DNA from: Oscillospiraceae bacterium
Lineage (GTDB): Bacteria; Bacillota; Clostridia; Oscillospirales; Ruminococcaceae
Direction: 5' to 3'
NCBI GenBank assembly: GCA_022508895.1
Contig: JAFLUH010000001.1
Span: forward strand, 77,265-141,264
DNA length: 64,000 bases
Position 1 is the stretch's first letter, and each line of letters begins with the position of its first letter. Shown here in pieces: positions 50,430-60,404 of the stretch. The notes beneath the pieces were generated by a model. That model had not been told where the DNA came from. It did no database searches and saw only the letters and a program-made list of their open reading frames with translations. Both the position numbers and the translations under genes were made by a program.

Positions 50430-50984
50430 ATGAAAGAAGTACTTGATTCTGCAAAACAAAAAATGGAGAAGTGCATAGCATCTCTGGAGCATGAGTTTTC
50501 GACCATTCGTGCAGGTCGTGCAAATCCGGCAGTTCTCGACAAAATAACTGTTGATTATTACGGTTCTCCCACCCAGATCAATGCAATGGCGGCTATATCC
50601 GTTGCCGAAGCCCGCATACTTGTTATCCAGCCATGGGACGCTTCCATGCTGAAATCCATAGAAAAAGCTATTATGGCAAGTGATATCGGCATTACACCCA
50701 CCAATGACGGCAAGTGTATCCGTATAGCTTTTCCCCAGCTCACCGAGGAGCGCAGAAAGGAACTGGTAAAGCAGATATCCAAATACGGTGAGGAAGCCAA
50801 GGTAACTGTCAGAAACATACGCCGTGACGCCATGGACAAATTCAAGGCTATGAAGAAGAACTCGGAGATCACCGAGGACGATATGAAGAATGCCGAAAAG
50901 GACGTGCAGAATCTTACAGATAAATTCTGCGACAAGGTAGATACAGTCTGCAAGGAAAAAGAAAAGGAAATAATGACGATATAG
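50430..50984 (+). CDS. frr: ribosome recycling factor
   Basis: IRAGRANP, LTEERRKEL, VRNIRRD. Confidence 0.98.
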   Translation: MKEVLDSAKQKMEKCIASLEHEFSTIRAGRANPAVLDKITVDYYGSPTQINAMAAISVAEARILVIQPWDASMLKSIEKAIMASDIGITPTNDGKCIRIAFPQLTEERRKELVKQISKYGEEAKVTVRNIRRDAMDKFKAMKKNSEITEDDMKNAEKDVQNLTDKFCDKVDTVCKEKEKEIMTI

Positions 50985-51703
50985 TGGATACTGAGAACTT
51001 GGTTCATAGCCTTGGAATCCGTCACATCGGTATTATTATGGACGGCAACGGCAGATGGGCAAAGAAACACGGACTTCCTCGCAAAATGGGACATTCTAAA
51101 GGTGCAGATACTTTTCGCAATTGTCTTAACAGCTGCATAAAGTTAGGTGTTCCTTGTGTCACTTTTTACGCTTTTTCCACTGAAAACTGGTCAAGACCCA
51201 AGGAAGAAGTGGATTCACTGATGAGACTGTTCTGCACTTTTATGGACGAAATGATGAAGCTTCAGTCAAAAAATATCAGACTGAGATTTTTGGGTGACAG
51301 AAAAGCATTACCCGATGACGTCCGAAAAAAAATGGCAGAGGCAGAGGAGATGACTGTAAACAATACAGGCATGTGGTGCTGTATAGCATTGAATTACGGT
51401 GGAAGAGAAGAAATACTGAATGCCGCGAGGAAAATCTCTGAATTATATCATTCGGGAAAGCTTGATCTTCAGTCGCTTGATGAAGAACGGTTTTCGTCCT
51501 TCCTCTACACAGACGGACTGCCCTATGTGGACCTTGTAATCCGCCCAAGCGGAGAAAAACGGCTGTCCAACTTTTTAATATGGCAGGCTGCTTATGCTGA
51601 ATTTGTATTTATGGACGTGCTGTGGCCTGATTTCTCAGAAAATGATCTTATTGACGCTATAGTCGAATACGGAAAAAGAGACCGCCGCTTCGGTGGTGTA
51701 TAG
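50984..51703 (+). CDS. uppS: undecaprenyl diphosphate synthase
   Basis: IIMDGNGRWA, YAFSTENWSR, RPSGEKRLSNFLIWQ; GTG start. Confidence 0.96.
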   Translation: MDTENLVHSLGIRHIGIIMDGNGRWAKKHGLPRKMGHSKGADTFRNCLNSCIKLGVPCVTFYAFSTENWSRPKEEVDSLMRLFCTFMDEMMKLQSKNIRLRFLGDRKALPDDVRKKMAEAEEMTVNNTGMWCCIALNYGGREEILNAARKISELYHSGKLDLQSLDEERFSSFLYTDGLPYVDLVIRPSGEKRLSNFLIWQAAYAEFVFMDVLWPDFSENDLIDAIVEYGKRDRRFGGV

Positions 51704-51716
51704 AGGATTATTTTGT

Positions 51717-52568
51717 ATGATTAAAAGAATACTCACTGCTGCCGTTGCAATTCCGATAGTAGTGCTGATGCTGTGGCTGCATAACTTCATTGTAACGTTG
51801 GCTGCAATGACCCTTGTTTGCGTATTGGCAGTGGGAGAAGTACTGCTGGCTACGAAATATTTTTCTAATCGTGGTATTGCTGCCGTTTGTATGATATTTG
51901 TGGCGGTGATGCCTTCATTCGTATGCTCTGATGTTCTTTACCCTTATGTTCCTGTCCTTGCGTTTGTTTTTTTACTGACAATGTTTCTGATCATGTTATC
52001 CGATCATGAAAACGTAAAATTTCAGGAAATGGCATTAGTGTCATTTGTTTCATTTTTAGTCCCGCTTTCAATAAGCACTATTGTACTTTTGCAGGAAAAG
52101 TACGAACACGGTGTATATTACATGATTTTAGTCCTGCTCATTCCTTGGATCAGTGATGCCGGTGCGTACTTTGTCGGCTCTGCCTTCGGAAAACACAAGA
52201 TGGCTCCTAAAATAAGCCCTAAAAAATCCTGGGAAGGCTTTTTTGGCGGACTTGCAACAGCCATTATTTCAGCCCTTGTGGTAGGATTCGGTTATCCATG
52301 GTGGGTAGAAACAGTTTTGAATGGCACTGTTTCTTTCACAGTCAATATTCCTTTGCTTGTACTGCTTGCAGTCGTGGGAACGGTTTTTGGCGTTATCGGA
52401 GATTTTTCCGCTTCACTGCTTAAAAGGCAGTGCATGGTCAAAGATTTCGGTTCCATTCTTCCGGGACACGGTGGGATAATGGACAGGTTTGACAGCGTGC
52501 TTTTTGTAGCTCCATTCTTTTATCTGGTATTCAAATTTGTTGAGCCGGTCACTAAAATAATAGCATAA
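51717..52568 (+). CDS. cdsA: phosphatidate cytidylyltransferase
   Basis: SDAGAYFVG, ISPKKSWEG, GDFSASLLKR...KDFGSILPGHGGIMDRFDS. Confidence 0.96.
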   Translation: MIKRILTAAVAIPIVVLMLWLHNFIVTLAAMTLVCVLAVGEVLLATKYFSNRGIAAVCMIFVAVMPSFVCSDVLYPYVPVLAFVFLLTMFLIMLSDHENVKFQEMALVSFVSFLVPLSISTIVLLQEKYEHGVYYMILVLLIPWISDAGAYFVGSAFGKHKMAPKISPKKSWEGFFGGLATAIISALVVGFGYPWWVETVLNGTVSFTVNIPLLVLLAVVGTVFGVIGDFSASLLKRQCMVKDFGSILPGHGGIMDRFDSVLFVAPFFYLVFKFVEPVTKIIA

Positions 52569-52608
52569 TAGGAGGAAATGCCGATTAAGTTCGGCATTAT
52601 TTTTGATT

Positions 52609-53745
52609 ATGAAAGAAATAGTGCTGTTAGGTTCGACCGGCTCCATTGGCACACAGACATTGGAAGTCGCAAAACTGCATAATATAAAGATAAAGGCGTT
52701 GTCCGCAGGGAGAAACATTGCATTGCTTGCAGCTCAGGCAAGGGAATTTATGCCCGAATATGTCTGTGTAGCCGATGAAAACCGATATTCTGATTTAAAG
52801 CTAATGCTCAATGACACAGATATCAAGGTGTTATGCGGCAAAGAGTCTATTTGTGAGCTGGCAGCCATGACCTGCGACATTACAGTAAATGCAATAGTTG
52901 GAATGGCAGGTTTTCTTCCGACGTTAGCAGCATTGAACGCTGGAAACGACATTGCTCTGGCAAACAAGGAGACTTTGGTAGTCGGCGGCGAGATAATAAT
53001 GAAGCTTGCCCATGAGAAAAAAAGAAGGATCTTTCCCATTGACAGCGAGCATTCGGCAATTTTTCAGTCCCTGTTGTGCAGTCAGGGAAACAAGCCTAAA
53101 AAGATAATCCTCACTGCATCAGGCGGGCCGTTCAGAGGATATACTCCCGAGCAGATAAAAAACGTCACCAAAGAACAAGCGTTAATGCATCCCAATTGGA
53201 GTATGGGCGAAAAAATAACCATTGACAGTGCTACAATGATGAATAAAGGGCTGGAGCTTATAGAGGCGGTCTGGATGTTTTATGTTCCTCCCGAGAAAAT
53301 TGAGATAGTGGTGCACCCGCAAAGTATCCTGCACTCTGCGGTGGAGTTTGAGGACGGCTCTGTTATCGGACAGCTTGGAAATCCCGATATGAGACTGCCG
53401 ATACAGTTTGCTTTGACATATCCTGAAAGATATGCTTCTCCTGCCAAAAGCCTGTCTTTAACGGAGGTTGCTTCCATGACCTTTGAAAAAGCGAATGAAA
53501 AAGCTTTTCCTTGCATAGAGCTTGCAAGAGCTGCACTGAAAAAAGGCGGGAATATGCCTTGCATAATGAACTGTGCTAATGAAACGGCTGTAGAAATGTT
53601 TTTGAAGGATAAAATAAAATTTTTTGAAATACCTGAAAAAATTCAGTATGCAATGGAAAACATAAGATATATGAAGGATATTTCACCTGAGATCATAGCC
53701 GAAACGGAGAGAGAAACGAAAATAGCTGTATTGGAGGCAATATGA
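52609..53745 (+). CDS. dxr: 1-deoxy-D-xylulose 5-phosphate reductoisomerase
   Basis: LGSTGSIG, LANKE, PIDSEHSA, HPNWSMG.KITIDSAT; start may be TTG 52603. Confidence 0.97.
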   Translation: MKEIVLLGSTGSIGTQTLEVAKLHNIKIKALSAGRNIALLAAQAREFMPEYVCVADENRYSDLKLMLNDTDIKVLCGKESICELAAMTCDITVNAIVGMAGFLPTLAALNAGNDIALANKETLVVGGEIIMKLAHEKKRRIFPIDSEHSAIFQSLLCSQGNKPKKIILTASGGPFRGYTPEQIKNVTKEQALMHPNWSMGEKITIDSATMMNKGLELIEAVWMFYVPPEKIEIVVHPQSILHSAVEFEDGSVIGQLGNPDMRLPIQFALTYPERYASPAKSLSLTEVASMTFEKANEKAFPCIELARAALKKGGNMPCIMNCANETAVEMFLKDKIKFFEIPEKIQYAMENIRYMKDISPEIIAETERETKIAVLEAI

Positions 53746-54803
53746 TAGTATTAGCCATCTTAGCATTTTGTATTATAATAATAATACACGAGATGGGGCA
53801 TTTTTTTGCTGCAAAAGCCTGCGGCATAAAAGTAAGGGAATTTTCCCTCGGGATGGGGCCGAGAATACTGACTAAGCAGGGTAAGGAAACTCTGTACACT
53901 GTCAAGCTGCTGCCTATAGGCGGTTCGGTGCAGATGGGAGAAGACGAGGAAGACAGTGATCCTCGCAGCTTCAGGAACAAGCCTGTATGGCAAAGAATGA
54001 TCGTACTTGCTGCAGGCCCCATAATGAACCTTATACTCGGAATTATCGTATGTGCAATTGCACTGATCGTCAGCGGAAGAGTAGTCACCTCGGAAATAGG
54101 CGGATTTCGTGGAGATAAGCCTGTTTCAAGCCAATTTTTACAGGCAGGCGACGAGATAGTTGAAATAAACGGTCTTTCGGTATGGAGCTCAATGGATATT
54201 TCCTATGCCATGCAGAACAGTGCACGAAAGGCCTCTGCTGACGCTGAATATATTACCTACGATTTTAAAGTGAAGCGCAACGGAGAGATAGTAACACTTA
54301 ACGACGTAAAGTTTGCGGCAACGCCAGGAGAAAACGGAAAATCAAGTGTAATACTGGATTTTTATGTGATCGCTCACAAAACGGACTTCGGTAATGTGTT
54401 TGTGTACAGCTTCAAAGAGGCGGCAACATACGGAAGATTGGTTTGGATATCACTGATTGATCTTTTAAACGGAACGTATGGACTTAACGATCTTTCAGGA
54501 CCTGTAGGAGTAGTGTCAGCGATAACCCAGACAGCCAGTGCCAGTACGGATATGCGGATTAATTTCACGAATTTGCTGTCCATGATAGCATTGATAACCA
54601 TAAATCTTGGTACATTCAATCTGCTGCCTGTTCCTGCACTGGACGGAAGCAGGATACTGTTCCTGGTTATCGAGCTGTTCAGGCGCAAGCCAATGAAGCC
54701 TGAACATGAAGGTATCGTTCATTTTATCGGCTTTGCAGCATTGATGATATTGATGATAGTAGTTACATTTAATGATATTGTAAAGCTGTTTAGCGGAGGA
54801 TAA
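53742..54803 (+). CDS. rseP: RIP metalloprotease RseP/RasP
   Basis: HEMGH, FSLGMGP, PDZ-like region, NLLPVPALDG. Confidence 0.95.
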   Translation: MIVLAILAFCIIIIIHEMGHFFAAKACGIKVREFSLGMGPRILTKQGKETLYTVKLLPIGGSVQMGEDEEDSDPRSFRNKPVWQRMIVLAAGPIMNLILGIIVCAIALIVSGRVVTSEIGGFRGDKPVSSQFLQAGDEIVEINGLSVWSSMDISYAMQNSARKASADAEYITYDFKVKRNGEIVTLNDVKFAATPGENGKSSVILDFYVIAHKTDFGNVFVYSFKEAATYGRLVWISLIDLLNGTYGLNDLSGPVGVVSAITQTASASTDMRINFTNLLSMIALITINLGTFNLLPVPALDGSRILFLVIELFRRKPMKPEHEGIVHFIGFAALMILMIVVTFNDIVKLFSGG

Positions 54804-54805
54804 GC

Positions 54806-55840
54806 TTGAAAAGAAAAGTAAAGGTCGGCAATATTACGCTGGGCGACGGAAATATTTACGTTCAGTCAATGCTCAATGTTCCTGCTGTAGATGTGGAAGG
54901 AAATGTAAGACAGGCAGTGGAGCTTGAGAAGGCAGGCTGTGATATATTGCGTGTTTCGGTGCCCTCAATAGATGATGTGCACCTTATCTCCGCAATAAAG
55001 TCAGAAATATCCATTCCTCTTGTAGCCGATATACATTTTGATCATAGAATAGCTATCCGTTGTGTCGAAGAGGGCGTAGATAAGCTTCGCATAAATCCGG
55101 GTAATATAGGGTCACATGAAAAAGTACGGGAAGTAAGCGATGTATGCAGAAGAAATAGTGTCCCTATAAGGATAGGAGTGAACTCGGGTTCTTTGGAAAA
55201 AGACCTGCTTGAAAAATATGGCTCGCCCTGTGCCGACGCTCTTGTTGAAAGCGCAATAAGGCATGTGCGTTTGTTGGAGGAACAGAACTTTTACGACATG
55301 GTGATCTCTATCAAGGCTTCATCTGTACCGACCATGATAGAGGCATACCGCAAACTGGACAAGCTTTGCGATTACCCGCTGCATCTCGGAGTTACCGAAG
55401 CAGGGACCGAACGTATGGGAGTCATAAAATCGGCAGTGGGCATAGGATCGCTTCTTTGTGATGGTATAGGTGATACCATCAGAGTATCACTTACCGAGGA
55501 TCCTGTTCTGGAAATAAAAGCAGCAAGGGACATTTTGACTGCTGCAGGCAAAAGCCGTAATTCAGTGGAGATAGTTTCATGTCCTACCTGCGGAAGAACA
55601 CAGATCGATCTTATAAGCCTTACTCACAGGGTCGAAGCTGCGATCTCGGGTATACATAAAAATATAAAGATCGCAGTTATGGGCTGTGCGGTAAACGGTC
55701 CGGGAGAAGCAAGGGAGGCCGATATAGGTATCGCCGGAGGAAACGGCGAGGGACTGATCTTCAAAAAGGGCGAAATAGTTCGCAAGGTACGGGAAGAAGA
55801 ACTCCTTACGGCGCTGTTGAATGAAATTAAAATGATGTGA
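54806..55840 (+). CDS. ispG: HMBPP synthase
   Basis: VQSM, VADIHF, RINPGNIG, LHLGVTEAG, SCPTCGR, VMGCAVNGPGEA. Confidence 0.97.
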   Translation: MKRKVKVGNITLGDGNIYVQSMLNVPAVDVEGNVRQAVELEKAGCDILRVSVPSIDDVHLISAIKSEISIPLVADIHFDHRIAIRCVEEGVDKLRINPGNIGSHEKVREVSDVCRRNSVPIRIGVNSGSLEKDLLEKYGSPCADALVESAIRHVRLLEEQNFYDMVISIKASSVPTMIEAYRKLDKLCDYPLHLGVTEAGTERMGVIKSAVGIGSLLCDGIGDTIRVSLTEDPVLEIKAARDILTAAGKSRNSVEIVSCPTCGRTQIDLISLTHRVEAAISGIHKNIKIAVMGCAVNGPGEAREADIGIAGGNGEGLIFKKGEIVRKVREEELLTALLNEIKMM

Positions 55841-55854
55841 GATGAGGTAGAAAG

Positions 55855-58800
55855 ATGTCAAAAAAACTGACCGATTTATTTGAGAATATTGAATTTGAAG
55901 CTCTTGTCGGCAACGGCGAGGTGCTTTCTGTTATTTACAACAGTATAAGCAAAATAATGCTTCTCAACCTCTCTATGGAAGATGTGCCCGATTCTTCCCA
56001 TGTTTTGTCGGCTGCAGAAAAAATAAAAAAAGCACTGCAAATAAATGCAGTTGAAATATACCCCAAATACCCTTCCGTGCTGTTTTCGGCGGATATGATA
56101 ACTCATGTGATCGATCTTATGCATTCCAAGCAGAGCTTTGCAGGAAGGATCAACGGGTACCTAAAGGATGTAGAAATATCCGAGGGTGATGGGATATATG
56201 AAATTACATTGAAAAACGGCGGTGCAGATATTCTCACAGAGGGACATATAGACAGAGAAATAGAAAGATATATAAAAGGTTTTTTTGATGTTTCCGTAAA
56301 AGTCGTATTTGACGGCATTACTTCGGTTAGTATCAACGAACGGGAAGAAAAACAGCAGCTTGATGATATCGGTTTACCTATGCCCCCTCCTGAGGCTTTT
56401 ATACCCGCACCTCCTAAAAAAGAATATGAAAAAAGAAGCAGTTATAACGATGACGGGTATACTGACAGCCGTCCCAAGCGTCAGAGAGGTATACAGATTT
56501 TTTCCGAACCTAAAAAAATGCCTCTTATGTTTGACAGCGAGGAGTTCGACAAGGAAGCCGAACTGCTTGCAGGCAAGCCTGTCAACGATCCTCCTATCCC
56601 AATGAGGGATATTTTTGAAGAGTGCAGCAACGTAACTGTTTGGGGCGATGTATTCAACGTGGAGGACAAAACTGTCAAAAACGGTGAATTTACCATTCTG
56701 ACGGCTTTTTTTACAGATTATACAAATTCGCAGACACTGAGGATATTTACCGCAACGGACAGAGCAGAAGAATACGGTTTTATACAAAACGGCACAACTC
56801 TCCTTGTAAACGGTGATGTAAAGTTTGACAGCTTTACCAAGTCCAACTATATAGAACCCAAGTCCATAATGAGGATAAAAAGAAAGGAACAAATGGATGA
56901 AGCTCCCGAAAAGCGTGTGGAGCTGCATATGCATACATATATGTCCGACCTTGACGCATTGACGCCCGCTGAGGATCTGGTCAAGCTTGCATATAAATGG
57001 GGGCACAGAGCCGTTGCCATCACCGATCATGGAAATGTTCAGGCATTTCCAAAAGCAATGGAAACGTTGAAATCCATACGAAAAAAGGATCCTGATACCA
57101 AGTTCAAGGTATTGTACGGTATGGAGGCGTATTTCGTCAATGATGGTCATTCTCTTGTGGAAGGCTGTACCAACCGTTCTATCGATGAGGATATAATAGT
57201 ATTTGATATTGAAACCACAGGTCTCTCACATGAAACCGAGCGCATCACCGAGATCGGTGCAGTGAAAATGCGCAATTTGGAAGTTGTAGAGGAATTTAAT
57301 ACGTTTGTATGCCCCGGAAAGAAGATCCCCGAAAATATATCTGAGTTGACAGGTATAACTGACGAAATGGTTGCGGACGCACCCTCTGAATCTGAAGCAG
57401 TTTCTGCTTTTATGAATTTTTGCGGCGGTGCTCCTCTGATTGCGCATAATGCTGACTTTGACATGTCCTTTATTCGTTCGGCATGTGAAAGAAGCGGGAT
57501 AAACTGCAGAAATCCGTATATTGATTCTCTTAAGCTCTGTAAAGCTGCTATCCCAAACAAAAAGAAATACACTCTTGATGCTATGGCAGCGGAATTTGAT
57601 CTGGGAGATTTCAATCATCACAGGGCTAAAGATGACGCGGCAATGTTGGCTGATATTTTTGTCAAGCTGATAGAGCTTTCGCAGAAGGGCAGAGTTATCG
57701 AGAAGCTGGGCGATCTGAATTCTGCACTTGGCAACGTTGACGTAAAGAAAATGCCGACGTACCATCAGATCATTCTTGCAAAAAATAATACGGGCTTGAA
57801 GAACCTTTATAAGCTTATATCTTTCTCCAACCTTGACTATTTCGCAAAAAAGCCCCGTATTCCTATGTCTGAGCTTAAAAATCACCGTGAAGGGCTTATT
57901 ATCGGAAGCGCCTGTGAAGCAGGCGAGCTTTACCGTGCTATATTAGAAGGCAAATCTGAGGATAGCATAGAGGAAATAGCGGCTTTTTACGACTATCTGG
58001 AGATACAGCCGATAGCAAACAACAGATTTCTTGTGCGTGAAGGTAAGGTCACTTCCGAGGAAACGCTTAGGGAATACAACAGGAAGATAGTGAAGCTGGG
58101 TGAAAAGCTGAACAAGCCTGTTGTAGCCACCTGTGACGTGCATTTTATGAGAAAAGACGACGCTATATTCCGTGAGATACTTCAAGCAGGGCAGGGGTAT
58201 AACGACGCAGATAAACAGGCTCCGCTATTCTTCCGTACAACACAGGAAATGCTGGATGAATTTGCATATTTAGGTAAGGATAAAGCGTTTGAGATAGTAG
58301 TCACCAATACCAACAGAATAGCGGATATGATAGATGATATAATGCCTATCCCCAACGGTACTTATACGCCATACATTGAAGGTGCAGAGCAGGAATTGCA
58401 GGATATTTGCTGGGGAAAGGCTCATGAGCTGTTTGGAGATCCTCTGCCCGAGATGGTTGAAGAAAGACTTAAAAAAGAGCTGGACGCTATAATCAAGTAC
58501 GGATTTGCCGTGCTTTATATGATAGCGCAAAAGCTGGTGCATAAGTCCAATGAATGCGGATATGAGGTAGGCTCCAGAGGATCGGTAGGCTCGTCATTGG
58601 CGGCAACAATGTCGGGTATATCGGAGGTAAACCCTCTGCCCCCTCATTATAGGTGTAAAAAATGCAAGCACAGTGAATTTATCTCCGACGGTTCGGTTCA
58701 ATCGGGCTACGATCTTCCCGAAAAAGATTGCCCTGACTGCGGTACGCCTATGGAGAGAGACGGACACGATATACCTTTTGAGACGTTTCTCGGCTTCAAA

Positions 58801-60243
58801 GGCGACAAAGCGCCCGATATCGACCTTAATTTCAGCGGCGAGTATCAGGCTCAGTCCCACAGATACACTGAAGAGCTGTTCGGTAAGGATAATGTATTCA
58901 AAGCGGGAACAATATCTGCAATAAAGGAAAAGACTGCATTCGGATTTGTAAAGAAATATATGCAGGAGCGGGGAAGAGTGATAAATCCTGCTGAAACCAT
59001 GCGCCTTGCAATGGGCTTTACAGGCGTAAAGCGTACCACTTCCCAGCACCCCGGCGGAATGGTGGTAGTTCCTGACAGGTACGAGATATATGATTTCTCG
59101 CCCGTACAGCGCCCCGCTGATGACGCTTCAAAGGGCGTTGTAACCACTCACTTTGACTTCCACTCTCTTCATGACACAATTCTGAAGCTGGACGAGCTGG
59201 GTCATGATGTCCCTACACTTTACAAGCATCTTGAGGATATGACAGGCATAAAGATCGTCGATGTACCCACTACAGATTCCGAAGTTCTCAGCCTGTTTAC
59301 GTCTACAAAGGCACTTAAGCTTCAGGAGGAAGACCCTGTTCTCATTCCTCTCGGTACATACGGGTTGCCCGAATTCGGCACTAACTTTACGATACAGATG
59401 CTGAAGGATTCAAAGCCTAAGCTGTTTTCCGACCTTTTGCAGATCTCCGGGCTTTCTCATGGAACGGACGTTTATGTAGGCAATGCTAAGGATCTTATCG
59501 CAAACGGTACCTGCACTATTTCCGAGGTAATAGGAACAAGAGACGGCATAATGGTTTATCTTATGCACAAGGGCATGGAACCCGGTCTTGCTTTCAAAAT
59601 AATGGAGATCACAAGAAAGGGAAACGCAAAAAAGCTTTTTGATGATACCATTTATAACGCTTTCAAGGAAAACAACGTTCCCGAATGGTATGTGGAAAGC
59701 TGCAAGAAGATCAAATATATGTTCCCAAAGGCTCATGCCGCTGCGTATGTTACAGGAGCGGTAAAGCTTGGTTGGTTCAAGATCTACCATCCGTCTGAAT
59801 TTTACGCTGCAGTTCTCACCAAGCATACAGAGAATATTGAAATAAAGACTGTTTTGGAAGGGAAAGATGCCGTAAAAGCAAGAATGCAGCAGATACAAAC
59901 TAATCCTGAGGCAAGTCAGAAAGAAATGGACACACTTGAAGCGTATTTCCTCGTATATGAGATGTTGAATCGAGGCATAAGCTTTCTTCCTGTGCATTAT
60001 CTGAAAAGCGACGCAACTAAATATAATATTGAAGACGGTAATTTGCGGCTTCCTTTAATGGCAGTGGACGGGTGCGGTGAAAGTGCCGCCCAAAGTCTTA
60101 AGGAAACGATCAACAGTAATAACTATGTGAGTGTTGAGGACATTCAGATCGAAAGCGGAATAAATAAAAAGGTTATGCAGGCGCTGGAAGAGATGAATGT
60201 TTTTGAAGGATTGGATAAGACGGCGCAAATGACGCTGTTCTAA
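55855..60243 (+). CDS. polC: DNA polymerase III PolC-type
   Basis: PHP domain (ELHMHT, AITDHG), DEDDh exonuclease (FDIETTG), GSRGSVGSS, PDIDLNFSG, YMFPKAHA. Confidence 0.98.
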   Translation: MSKKLTDLFENIEFEALVGNGEVLSVIYNSISKIMLLNLSMEDVPDSSHVLSAAEKIKKALQINAVEIYPKYPSVLFSADMITHVIDLMHSKQSFAGRINGYLKDVEISEGDGIYEITLKNGGADILTEGHIDREIERYIKGFFDVSVKVVFDGITSVSINEREEKQQLDDIGLPMPPPEAFIPAPPKKEYEKRSSYNDDGYTDSRPKRQRGIQIFSEPKKMPLMFDSEEFDKEAELLAGKPVNDPPIPMRDIFEECSNVTVWGDVFNVEDKTVKNGEFTILTAFFTDYTNSQTLRIFTATDRAEEYGFIQNGTTLLVNGDVKFDSFTKSNYIEPKSIMRIKRKEQMDEAPEKRVELHMHTYMSDLDALTPAEDLVKLAYKWGHRAVAITDHGNVQAFPKAMETLKSIRKKDPDTKFKVLYGMEAYFVNDGHSLVEGCTNRSIDEDIIVFDIETTGLSHETERITEIGAVKMRNLEVVEEFNTFVCPGKKIPENISELTGITDEMVADAPSESEAVSAFMNFCGGAPLIAHNADFDMSFIRSACERSGINCRNPYIDSLKLCKAAIPNKKKYTLDAMAAEFDLGDFNHHRAKDDAAMLADIFVKLIELSQKGRVIEKLGDLNSALGNVDVKKMPTYHQIILAKNNTGLKNLYKLISFSNLDYFAKKPRIPMSELKNHREGLIIGSACEAGELYRAILEGKSEDSIEEIAAFYDYLEIQPIANNRFLVREGKVTSEETLREYNRKIVKLGEKLNKPVVATCDVHFMRKDDAIFREILQAGQGYNDADKQAPLFFRTTQEMLDEFAYLGKDKAFEIVVTNTNRIADMIDDIMPIPNGTYTPYIEGAEQELQDICWGKAHELFGDPLPEMVEERLKKELDAIIKYGFAVLYMIAQKLVHKSNECGYEVGSRGSVGSSLAATMSGISEVNPLPPHYRCKKCKHSEFISDGSVQSGYDLPEKDCPDCGTPMERDGHDIPFETFLGFKGDKAPDIDLNFSGEYQAQSHRYTEELFGKDNVFKAGTISAIKEKTAFGFVKKYMQERGRVINPAETMRLAMGFTGVKRTTSQHPGGMVVVPDRYEIYDFSPVQRPADDASKGVVTTHFDFHSLHDTILKLDELGHDVPTLYKHLEDMTGIKIVDVPTTDSEVLSLFTSTKALKLQEEDPVLIPLGTYGLPEFGTNFTIQMLKDSKPKLFSDLLQISGLSHGTDVYVGNAKDLIANGTCTISEVIGTRDGIMVYLMHKGMEPGLAFKIMEITRKGNAKKLFDDTIYNAFKENNVPEWYVESCKKIKYMFPKAHAAAYVTGAVKLGWFKIYHPSEFYAAVLTKHTENIEIKTVLEGKDAVKARMQQIQTNPEASQKEMDTLEAYFLVYEMLNRGISFLPVHYLKSDATKYNIEDGNLRLPLMAVDGCGESAAQSLKETINSNNYVSVEDIQIESGINKKVMQALEEMNVFEGLDKTAQMTLF

Positions 60244-60333
60244 AAAAAGCTTGTCCGACTTTACCTAGACGATAAAAACATTACACAATGATAAAAATAT
60301 ATGTTTATTATTAACAAAATAGTGTATTTTCTA

Positions 60334-60362
60334 TTGATTTTTCTCGGATAATATGGTAATAT
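60334..60362 (+). promoter_or_regulatory. putative sigma-A promoter of the his operon
   Basis: TTGATT-N17-TAATAT with extended TG. Confidence 0.55.
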
Positions 60363-60404
60363 GGCAATATGCTACTACACTAAAGTGAAAGAAAAGAGTG
60401 CCTG

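Noticed and set aside
56374-57885. Several long minus-strand ORFs (258, 155, 219 aa)
   Set aside because: All antisense to polC; no independent expression signals.
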